Source of the DNA: Tubiluchus corallicola
Taxonomy: Eukaryota > Animalia > Priapulida
NCBI GenBank assembly: GCA_030141605.1
Contig: JAQGDQ010000227.1
Span: 186,001-250,000 of the forward strand
DNA length: 64,000 bases
Reading direction: 5' to 3'
Shown: in pieces, positions 39,337 to 49,970 of the stretch
Numbering within the stretch: the first letter of the stretch is position 1
Layout of the letters: each line of letters begins with the position of its first letter
The notes under the pieces: generated by a model
The model's input: the letters and a program-made list of their open reading frames with translations, nothing else
Told to the model about the DNA's origin: nothing
Database searches by the model: none
Translations under genes and position numbers: made by a program

Positions 39337-39625
39337 TTGTAGATCATTAGGCTTTGTACTGAGATGATTGCTTGTAGATCATTAGGCTTTGTACTGAGAT
39401 GATTGCTTGTAGATCATTAGGCTTTGTACTGAGATGATTGCTTGTAGATCATAGGCTTTGTACTGAGGTGATGTCTTGTAGATCATTAGGCTTTGTACTG
39501 AGATGATTGCTTGTAGATCATTAGGCTTTGTACTGAGATGATGTCTTGTAGATCATTAGGCTTTGTACTGAGATGATGCTTGTTTGTAGATCATTAGGCT
39601 TTGTACTGAGATGATTGCTTGTACA
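39337..39625. repeat. Minisatellite, ~35 bp unit, ~8 copies
   Basis: Unit CTTGTAGATCATTAGGCTTTGTACTGAGATGATTG. Confidence 0.97.
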
Positions 39626-39909
39626 TGAATTTTGGATGGTGCTTGTTGGTGACTGACTGATGTGGCTTCCAGTTGTGTAGTCTGTTGAGCATGAACAGCA
39701 TGACATTCTTGATCCTATACTTGATCCTCAACCATCAAGCCTTGAGTGTAGTGGATGGTTCCACTTCAACCCACTGTAATACAGTAACTTGTTTTTCAAC
39801 GATTTTCCATTGTGCAATGAGGGGCTGCATTTATTCCATTTACAGGGTGAGAAGATACACATCCTGAAAAATATTGAGGTGATGACGAAGACGAGGGGAT
39901 GACGTAACA
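39626..39909 (+). repeat. ~290-bp inverted repeat, left arm
   Basis: Reverse complement of 41438-41728 (e.g. GGTGACTGACTGATGTGGCTTCCAGTTGTGTAG vs CTACACAACTGGAAGCCACGTCAGTCAGTCACC), roughly 75-80% identical. Confidence 0.9.
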
Positions 39910-39921
39910 TCACCCAACCTT

Positions 39922-39986
39922 ATTCAATAGAATAAAGTTATAGTTTCTTAACTCTTTATTATCAGTGTACATGACTCTATATATCA

Positions 39987-40082
<96 letters not shown>

Positions 40083-40121
40083 TTCCCCCTCTAGAGATAG
40101 AGATAGAGAGAGGGAGAGAGA

Positions 40122-40190
<69 letters not shown>

Positions 40191-40252
40191 TGATATAAGA
40201 TATATTGAATCATGATAAAGAGTTAAGAAACTATAACTTCATTCTATTAAAT
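39922..40252. repeat. ~330-bp hairpin with (TC)n/(GA)n arms and unique outer arms
   Basis: AATAGAATAAAGTTATAGTTTCTTAACTCTTTAT..ATATCATGAC(TC)n-CTCTAGAG-(GA)nGTCATGATAT..ATAAAGAGTTAAGAAACTATAACTTCATTCTATT. Confidence 0.92.
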
Positions 40253-40975
40253 GTGAAATATCATTGCACTTATGATAGTAAATATTACGTCAGATGTGTA
40301 CTTCAGAAAGGAGGTTTCATAGATTAACTTAATATCGAGCGCTGATACACTATGTACGTTGCAAAATCAAGACGTAAATTAACTGACAGTGCTCAGCTAT
40401 GCAGAATCTAGCTCAATATTTAATGATTTTATCTCTTTTCACGAATGCGACTTACTCAGTTGTGACACTAAGTTTAATATGCTAAAGCAAAATAATCTTT
40501 TACCCAAACAGGCTTTACTCTGTCGCAATTACGCAACAAGCCAAACCTGAAAAAATGGCGGGAAATTCGACAACGACCCCTACGGGTTTACAATGCAAAG
40601 ATATTTAACTTGAATACAAAACAAGCGGGACAATGGCGTCATCATGAACAGCACTTCTTAACCCCTTCACCTCGATGCTTAGTGGCACAATGAGCCAAAC
40701 TTGAAGCTCGTTGAATAAAAATGAACTTGTACACAGGAACAGCGTTAATTTAAATCAGTAGTGGAGTTAGGTGTTCTAATGTATGTAGCAGCATGAGCAG
40801 ATCATATGTAAACAAAAGCTAAAACAGTAAGAGGTTATATGCACTTTATTTTTACATTAATTCGACCAAAGAAAACGTCCATTATGAAGTACACCTATGT
40901 TTTGATATTTCGTATCTTAGCTAAGACGATATTTCGCAATTAATGCAATAAAGTTTTAGTTTCTTAACTCTTTAT
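40215..40975. mobile_element. Unclassified non-autonomous TIR element (family E)
   Basis: TIRs ATAAAGAGTTAAGAAACTATAACTTCATTCTATTAAATGTGAAATATC / GATATTTCGCAATTAATGCAATAAAGTTTTAGTTTCTTAACTCTTTAT (~48 bp imperfect); no ORF. Confidence 0.8.
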
Positions 40976-40990
40976 ATTGTACTACAGGGC

Positions 40991-41313
40991 TGTGGTGGAA
41001 TGAAATGTGATGCTGGCGGGGGAATACTGTAGACTTCTCAGGTGTGCATGTGAACGTGGCTTTATCTAGCACAGTCTCGTATTCTGACCTTGTGTTAGTA
41101 AAAGCTACTAGTCACGTGCACACCTGAGCTTATAAAAAGGGAAGGTCTGCTGTAGACCCTTGTCAGTGGTCGTGTCTTTCGTAGTATGTGCAGCCCTGTT
41201 CACATTTCTCAGGCTTTTCGCGCAAACTCTGTTCCTGTAGGTAAGCTGGTCGTCCCTTATTAAAAGTGTAACATTCAATAATAAATTGTCATTTCGACTG
41301 ACTCTATTACTCA
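40991..41313 (+). mobile_element. Possible solo LTR
   Basis: TG start, TATAAAA at 41131, AATAAA at 41280, CA end about 30 bp later; no TSD seen, single copy. Confidence 0.25.
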
Positions 41314-41437
41314 ATTTTTGTTTATGGGTGAGGCGTTGAATGACTTAATTAAGACATGCCGCACGGTGTGGGCCGCGGTGCCGTCCGTCCTGCCTCCGTT
41401 AAAAGCGGACAGCAGTCCAATATATATATAGCACGTG

Positions 41438-41728
41438 TATTACGTCATCCCCGTCTTATTCATAACACCAATATTTCTCAGGATGTGTATCGTCTCACTC
41501 TGTAAATAAAAAATGTAGCGCCTCAGTGTACAGTGAAAAGTTATTGAAAAAAAAACAAGTTACTGCATTACAGTGAGTTGAAGGGGAGCCATCCACTACA
41601 CTCAGAATCTTCATGGTTGATGCTCATGCATAAGATCAAGGGTGTCATGCTGTTCATGCTCAACAGAGTGTCAACTCTACACAACTGGAAGCCACGTCAG
41701 TCAGTCACCAATAACCATCATCCAAAAT
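41438..41728 (-). repeat. ~290-bp inverted repeat, right arm
   Basis: Reverse complement of 39626-39909. Confidence 0.9.
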
Positions 41729-41828
41729 GCAAGATGTTCCCTTGTGGTGCAAATTCACATATAAAAATTTAACTGTTACGAAAAATGAGATCCAGAGAAT
41801 GTCAGATGTGTTTGTGGAAAATGTGGGA

Positions 41829-42745
41829 GCACTGTTTGAGATGTGCAAAGTACAGAGGCACTGTTTGAGATGTGCAAAGTACAGAAGCACTGTTTGAGGT
41901 GTGCAAAGTACAGAAGCACTGTTTGAGATTTACAAAGTATGGAAACACTATTTGAGATGTGCAAAGTACAGAGGCACTCTTTGAGGTGTACAAGGTACAG
42001 AAGCACTGTTTCAGATGTACAAAGTGCAGAGGCACTGTTTGAGATGTACAAAGTATGGAAACACTGTTTGAGATGTACAAAATATAGAAACACTTTGAGA
42101 TGTACAAAATATGCAAACACTTTGAGATGTACAAAATATGGAAACACTATTTGAGATGTACAAAATATGGAAACACTATTTGAGATGTACAAAGTATGGA
42201 AACACTATTTGAGATGTACAAAATATGGAAACACTGTTTGAGATGTACAAAATATGGAAACACTATTTGAGATGTACAAAATATGGAAACACTATTTGAG
42301 ATGTACAAAATATGGAAACACTATTTGAGATGTACAAAATATGGAAACACTATTTGAGATGTACAAAGTATGGAAACACTATTTGAGATGTACAAAATAT
42401 GGAAACACTTTGAGATGTACAAAATATGGAAACACTATTTGAGAAGTACAAAGTATGAAAACACTATTTGAGATGTACAAAATATGGAAACACTTTGAGA
42501 TGTACAAAGTATGGAAACACTATTTGAGATGTACAAAGTATGGAAACACTTTGAGATGTACAAAGTATGGAAACACTATTTGAGATGTACAAAGTATGGA
42601 AACACTTTGAGATGTACAAAGTATGGAAACACTTTGAGATGTACAAAGTATGGAAACACTTTGAGATGTACAAAGTGTAGAAACTGTTTGAGATGTACAA
42701 AGTTCGAGATGTACAAAGTATGCAAACACTATTCGAGATGTACAA
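41829..42745. repeat. Minisatellite, 27-29 bp unit, ~32 copies
   Basis: Unit ACACTATTTGAGATGTACAAARTATGGAA with positionally graded variants. Confidence 0.97.
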
Positions 42746-43244
42746 CGTACAATGTTATGGGTCGAGAGATTGTTTATAACGATGAAGTCTTGCTTGCTTC
42801 TCAATGGCTTTAGTGCTATAGTCACCTCTATTGATTCTGCAAAATCTAAAATTAGGGTACGGCTGCGCTAATGTGTAACTTTAGGGCCAACACTCTCTCG
42901 TTTGGAACGATTAACCATAAAGTCGAGGGGATTTAGTACTGAGCGTCTTCCAGATTGTCTACTCAGACTAGGTAACTTGCAGCTTGAGGGAAAAACGTGA
43001 AAATTTTCCCGACTGTCAATCAGCCGAGGCTAAATGACTGTCTTATCAAGCTTTTTTGTGCGACGGCTGCAGCGTTTTACAGATAAGATCGCGGCTCGCT
43101 TTGAGAGACAGACAGATTCCGGTTTAGTTCGTCTGCGGCTCACTGAAGTCGCTTGTGTCTGTCAGTAGCTCTTATGGATTGAAATTTCTGGACCAGACTG
43201 GCAGAGACTGGAGCTTGCTGTGAAACGGACTGGCACTTTGGATT

Positions 43245-43640
43245 GTTAGCTCACTATGTGGGTGTGCAACTTGCTGACTTTAATTTTGACCTTTTTACTG
43301 CCTCGATTATTTCCAGACACGAGTTCAACTCTAGTTACACCAACTGAAGGCGTGCTTCCCTAAAGCAGACTGGTATTTTGTGTCGTTAGCGTATTGTCTC
43401 TACAATTTGCTAACTTTAATTTTGACCTTTTTGCTTTCTCGATTTTTTGCAGACACAAGTTCAACTCTAGTTACACTAACTGAAGCCGTGCTTCCCTTAA
43501 GCAGACTGGTATTTTGTGTCGTTAGCTTATTGTCTCTACAACTTGCTAACTTTAATTTTGACCTTTTTGCTGTCTAGATTATTTACACAACACAGAATAC
43601 TGGTGCGCGTTCAACTCTAGTTACACTAACTGAAGCTGTT
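43245..43640. repeat. Tandem repeat, 136 bp unit, ~2.7 copies
   Basis: CAACTTGCTAACTTTAATTTTGACCTTTTT-type starts at 43267, 43403 and 43539. Confidence 0.9.
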
Positions 43641-44244
43641 CCCCTTGGGCCTGTGCTTTTGTTTTTGTTTAATAATTCAACTGTACTAACTTGTCCATGC
43701 TAACTGAACGCAGTCTAAATCATCTTTCTTGACTTAAAATTTCTTGCAAGCTTATAGATAAATAACTTGGAGTTAATTAACGAGCTTTAGTGAACTAAGA
43801 CAGAGACATTAACTTAATAGAAACACACAAACAAACGGACAAACAAATAAACAAACAAGCAAAACAAAAAAATAACGCAAGTATTTCAGTAATTAGACAC
43901 CTTTGACAAATTTGTTAAGCTTTTGTTATAGCACACCTGTATCATAATCTAGCATCATTACCTTTTGTCTGTTTTCTTTTTCCTTGCTCGTGTTTTACTC
44001 CTTGTTACTGGTTGTCAAAATGTTTGGCTTCACCCGGCAGCTTAATTAGTCCCACTAATCTATGATGTTATCTTCAGCATCTTGTACTTCTTAGCGATTA
44101 CATGTTGTGACTGCCTTTCATGTGAGAGGCTTTCATATAGGTTTCCTATAAACCTGTTTAGTCAATCAATTAGTGCTGTTCAAAGATTATAACTGTTCAT
44201 GTATGTAATCGTATAGAAGTCTTTATTGTACTAATGAATACAGT

Positions 44245-44965
44245 TTAAAGGGAAGAACAAGTCACTCAGTATGTTGGGTTTATTTTACTGTTATCACCGA
44301 AACTGTTTGTGGTGTGCTAAAGGAAAGAACAAGTCACTCAGTATGTTGGGTTTATTTTACTGTTACCACTGAAACTGTTTGTGGTGTGCTAAAGGAAAGA
44401 ACAAGTCACTCTGTGTATGTTGGGTTTATTTTACTTTTATCACTTAAACTGTTTGTGGTGTACTAAAGTAAAGAACAAGTCACTCAGTATGTTGGGTTTA
44501 TTTTACTGCTATCACTTAAACTTAGACTATAACAACGAAATTTGGAAAAACTTTCTATAAAGCATAAATCTAAAATGTATTAATTTTGAATAGAAATTTT
44601 CAGGCGTGGTGGTTGCCGCCATTCACTTGAAAACCATGACGTAACTGGGTGACCTCGTGGCTTTCCGTAAGCGCGAGCTGCTTAAACTAATTCAAACTTC
44701 TGAAGCTTACCTAATATTCTCGCAGACATATTACAAAATTAGCTATTCAGCTTTTGTAAAAACTTTTATAGTACCCTACTTTCCTTGGAGACGAAATGAC
44801 GTCATTAGAAGAAGAATGGGCATTGAAAATGGAAGCGCTCAAGCATGTAGAGATTTTAAAGTGATTTTACTAATTACACGAGAGACTTATTGCACTTTTA
44901 TTACTAAATTCTTCGCGAACATTGAAATAAGCCAAACTTCCCAGAAGGCTTGACCGTTCCTTTTT
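44245..44965 (+). mobile_element. MITE family D (Kolobok/T2-like) with tandemly amplified left end
   Basis: TTAA-AGGGAAGAACAAGTC at left; GGCTTGACCGTTCCTTT at right (13/17 inverted match); right TTAA decayed. Confidence 0.6.
44246..44522. repeat. Minisatellite, 72-74 bp unit, ~3.8 copies
   Basis: TAAAGGAAAGAACAAGTCACTCAGTATGTTGGG-type starts at 44246, 44318, 44390 and 44464. Confidence 0.95.
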
Positions 44966-45779
44966 ACGCCAACCCAACTGTCGCTGTAGCCGTCAGATCA
45001 CACCGCACAGTGTTTATGCCTCCTGATCACACCTCTTCCTGCTCTGCTATTAGCTAATTCAGTGTCTCACCGAAGTGCAATGTTTAGAATCGCTTGCTGT
45101 GTTGCTGAATTACTAGTTTACCGTTCTCTTCCCCCCAGTGCATTCTTTCTGGGTGTTTGGCTTAACTGTGTTAATTTATTCACACTAATTTCACGGTAAG
45201 AAAAGTGTAACTACGCAAAGGGGCGGTCCGATTTATTTTGCAACAGCCCTAGCCAAATTCTAATCTAAATTTTATATATAAACTGCATGAACTGGTTGCT
45301 TTTTTACGTCCAACAAAAGACGCCATTTACCAAATTCATCGTCAAACTAATCCAACGTGTTTTGGTTTGAAACACGCTTTTTTGTGATAGTTTGATTGTC
45401 TTATTCACTGCATACGTTCTTAAGTAACAAGGTTAGTTTTCTTAGAACAAAATTAACTAATGAATGGCACAGATTTTAATAATGCTTGGTTTTAGCGGCG
45501 CGACTGCTTTTAATGAGAGTCGCCGCTTTGCATTTCTACACGTAATGTATAATTCATAGTTGGCGTATTCCTGAAATGATTCGTGTTCATTTTGGAATTC
45601 GCGTCTCCTAAATCAGTAAGTATTTTCTGGAAACGTTAGTCAGGTTTGATGTTCAACTGTTGTTAGAAATGTAAACTCAAATTGTTCACATATTAACCTT
45701 ATTGCTTTGGTAATTGGAACTTCGTAATCAGCCATGTACAGCCATCTTCATCAGTTTCATGGAGGTGTTATTCTAAGTT

Positions 45780-46200
45780 TAAATTGAATTTTTCATCTGT
45801 AAATGAGTAGCGTGAGACTAAAATCGAAGTATGACTTGAACCATAGGCCAGAGTCTTTCCATCCTTCCCCTATACCAGTCCATAAATTTCCGCCTAACAT
45901 TGCCCGATGCTGGCAGTTATTTACAATACTTCGTCTGTGTAATAAATTGACCCAATTTCCATCGTTTCTCAATAGACATGGGTTAATGTGATTATAATGA
46001 CACGTTCTACAAGTGTATGACATTCAACTGCAGGCTTGGCATTCGATTTCAAACACCTCTCTCTAACACTCCCACAGTCCCACACTTTGAGCGCATCACC
46101 GTCGTCGGTTTTTTGGCGGGAACAGCGGCTCACAATAGCCAGCTGTCTGTAAGATTTTAACCCTTTGCTACAAGCTGTTCGGCACGTCGTCCAAACCAAT
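45780..46200 (+). mobile_element. Decayed 3' coding end of a non-LTR retrotransposon
   Basis: Frameshifted translation RCWQLFTILRLCNKLTQFPSFLNRHGL / CDYNDTFYKCMTFNCRL...ITVVGFLAGTAAHNSQL resembles the LINE ORF2 C-terminal RLR.G...L.R.GL..C...H...C zinc-knuckle region (from memory, unverified). Confidence 0.35.
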
Positions 46201-48122
46201 GCACTGCACTCTGTAGCTAGAGTTAAGACAGCAGTGAGTCATGCACATTGCTGGCTGTACAGCAGCTTGATATTGTGTCAATATGTCCTGGGTACACACT
46301 GTCTGTAGGATCCATAAAACTTACACTTAACGCTGCGCGTTACCTGTGCAAAATACCCAACAAATTCGCCAGTTGAAAACGTTTTCACTTGTATGGAAAA
46401 GGTGGGTGTGAGACGATCCAAATCGGTTCAAGTTGCAGGCGAAAATTGCAGCAACATTACTGTGATTTTATAATGAATACGTACAGCCAACAGGGCGCGT
46501 TACACGAAACAGGAAACATTACGTCTAGTTAAATTACTTTGCTAGCTAGACATCGCTGTGGGTTAGTATACTTTATGGGAATTTCTGGGCAGTTTTTTAC
46601 CGAAGAAATACGTGTTGTTAGATGAGAAGGGAATGCAGATAGCATGCATGTGTTGTAAAACACTTTCACACCGTAATTACTGCTCATAAAGTTTAGTAAC
46701 TTGTGATGATTATTGCATGAAGGTGTCTGTGAATCATGACTGAATGCAATAAACTTGATTTTGACAAAATAAACCTCATGGAACTGATAGGAATGCCAAA
46801 TTGTCGTAATGCTTAAATTTTTCCATCTTTATGCTCCTATTCTGTATAAAAACGCAAAGTATTTCACGATCTTGATTCTGAACAATTGAATCTCGTTTTT
46901 AATTCTTTTTAATGCAACGATATAAGCCTGTACTGACTATGATGCACATAGGCTGTGTAAGAGAGAAAAATATGGAAAGTCTTGGTTAAGGTAAGGCCAG
47001 GGATTTCTTCAATATATATGAGCTTTATGAGTGAAGAAAAATTTTGTAGTCTTCGTTTAAAGGGAAGGTGTGTATCTCAGCCAGAAGCAGTGTAATAATA
47101 TGTATGTGTAATGATTTTCATGTCTTTGGTTAAGACAAGACCGTAGATATGACAACGTTTGCACAAAAGAATAACTTGTACATCATATGCTAGTTTAGTT
47201 TGTTTATACCGGATAGTGGCGGCATCTGTTAATTAGCACGTTGTGATGCACAGCAGCACGCATGCGCGCCAACTTTTATTTTCATATGAGAATTGTTTTA
47301 TACGTAACGTTCTTTGTTTATAACGAATCTGTTTGTAAACACGATGTTCTGTGCTGTAATCTAGTGAGCGGTGCACTTGAAGGACTACCAAGAGAGCCCA
47401 ACTTTGTAGGTTTTAATTCTCCAGTTTTCTTAGAAAATGGGGCAGCTGAGCATACTAATTAAACATGTATATACGACTGACTAAGTTTTCACTAAAAGAT
47501 CAGCTAATGTTAATTTAGTGCCCTATTGCAACTTTATCCGTAACATGTAACATTGTCATTGGCTTAATTGGTTCTCTCCAAATCGTATTATTGTATAAAA
47601 CGTGTCGTATATAGTATATAATTCATATTTCGGTACATTTTATTGGAGCTTTTTGATGAGAGATATTCAATTTTAGGGTATTGTTTTTAGAAATTTTATT
47701 TTTGTGCATCTTTTTATGTCTTCTAGTGCGCCTGCTAATTCTTTCTTTTATACAATTTTAATATATGTATAAATGTCAAATAAATATAAAAAAAGACTAT
47801 CATAAATCTTCCAGAAACAGTGACATTTTTGTACATGTTTTGTATTTTGTTGAAGGAACTACAGTTTGATAGATTGATATTTATTTTGATTAGTTTGAAA
47901 TATGTTTTCCTTTTACTTGGGATGGTCCAGCCGTGATGGAATTTGCATCAAGTGATGAGTCATTCAATAAGTTACAATTTTTGTGGTGATTCGTTAGGTG
48001 TGAAGACATAAAACTGAGCACAAAATTTTATGAAAAATTCATCCTAAATAGGTTTTGAACTTAGGCCTTCATGTTTAGAATAGTTGCACTGAAGTGCTCT
48101 GTCAGTCCAAGCTGTGAGTCAC

Positions 48123-48510
48123 TTAAAGCAAAAGAAAGCCCTCTACTTACTTAAAGCTAAGTAAATTCGTCTTGAAATTTTATGTCGCTTACGTGTGCTG
48201 CCTTATAAACTTAACCTCGTGCAATAACAAGTAGACGCAGCCAAGTTAACGCTAATTCGTTTGAAACAAGTTTAGATAACATTGAGTAAAGTTTAAAAAA
48301 ATAATCACAGCCATTCGTAGTGCTGCACACTTTGCTAAGTAAGTGAAAGTATAAATTACTGTAGCTTATCAGTAAATTTAAAAATACTTTTTTGGCGAGT
48401 CTGTGGTGCACACTGGGGATCAGTCAGTGGTGTTTTACCAGTTTCCACGAATATTTTAAATTACTTAAAATTTTCTTTGCGATGTTACTTTAAAATTGCA
48501 TTTTCTTCCC
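48123..48510 (+). mobile_element. MITE family A, diverged and internally deleted copy
   Basis: TTAA-AGCAAAAGAAAGCCCTCTACTTAC, AATTCGTCTTGAAATTTTAT, TTTGAAACAAGTTTAGATAACATTGAGTAAAG, GTGGTGCAC. Confidence 0.85.
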
Positions 48511-48961
48511 ATTTAATATTACTCTTAAATCGTTGTTATAATTTTATGAAATAAGCAGTCATCATAGTGGCTTTGCGTCTTGCAAGTAAAACCGTTATAC
48601 AATCATTTGTGGTGTGTTACTGTTGCTGTAAGACATCCACTGTTGCTTGTTGGAGCGTTTTCAACAACGCCGTATTTTTGTTTCGTATATATTGAACGTG
48701 TCTCTGCCATGTTTGGTTGTCATGACCCTATAGACTGCACGAATTCCCCATTATTTTATAATGGCAGCAGCAAAATTAGAAAATACATTAATTATTGGTA
48801 CTGAAAGTATTAGGTATGTCTTTAATAGTTTCCTTTTTGTATATATATATATATATATAAGAGAGGACTGGCAGTTTATTTTTTATTGATCATTTGGTCA
48901 GTCTTTTCCCAAAGTGAGTTTTTTTAAGCTTTTGAAAGTCTTGTTTAACTCTAAGGCAGCG

Positions 48962-49970
48962 GGCGTGACCCTATGGTGTTGCCTAAGTTAGCACACTGTT
49001 ACTGCAATGCTCACTATCAACTGTGAGCCGGCGTGACCCTATGGTGTGGCCTAAGTTAGCACACTGTTACTGCAATGCTCACTATCAACTCTGAGCCGGC
49101 GTGACCCTATGTTGTGGCCTAAGTTAGCACACTGTTACTGCAATGCTCACTATCAACTCTGAGCCGGCGTGGCCCTATGGTGTGGCCTAAGGTAGCACAC
49201 TGTTACTGCAATGCTCACTATCAACTGTGAGCCGGCGTGACCCTATGGTGTGGCCTAAGTTAGCACACTGTTACTGCAATGCTCACTATCAACTCTGAGC
49301 CGGCGTGGCCCTATGGTGTGGCCTAAGGTAGCACACTGTTACTGCAATGCTCACTATCAACTGTGAGCCGGCGTGACCCTATGGTGTGGCCTAAGTTAGC
49401 ACACTGTTACTGCAATGCTCACTATCAACTCTGAGCCGGCGTGACCCTATGGTGTGGCCTAAGGTAGCACACTGTTACTGCAATGCTCACTATCAACTGT
49501 GAGCCGGCGTGACCCTATGGTGTGGCCTTAGTTAGCACACTGTTACTGCAATGCTCACTATCAACTCTGAGCCGGCGTGACCCTATGGTGTGGCCTAAGT
49601 TAGCACACTGTTACTGCAATGCTCACTATCAACTCTGAGCTGGTGTGACCCTATGTTGTGGCCTAAGTTAGCACACTGTTACTGAAATGCTCACTATCAA
49701 CTCTGAGCTGGCGTGACCCTATGGTGTTGCCTAAGTTAGCACACTGTTACTGCAATGCTCACTATCAACCCTGAGCCGGCATGACCCTATGTGGCTTAAG
49801 TTAGCACACTGTTACTGCAATGCTCACTATCAACTCTGAGCCGGCATGACCCTATGTGGCTTAAGTTAGCACACTGTTACTGCAATGCTCACTATCAACT
49901 CTGAGCCGGCGTGACCCTATGTTGTGGCCTAAGTTAGCACACTGTTACTACAATGCTCACTATCACTATC
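48962..49970. repeat. Minisatellite, 68 bp unit, ~15 copies
   Basis: Unit GGCGTGACCCTATGGTGTGGCCTAAGTTAGCACACTGTTACTGCAATGCTCACTATCAACTCTGAGCC. Confidence 0.98.
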
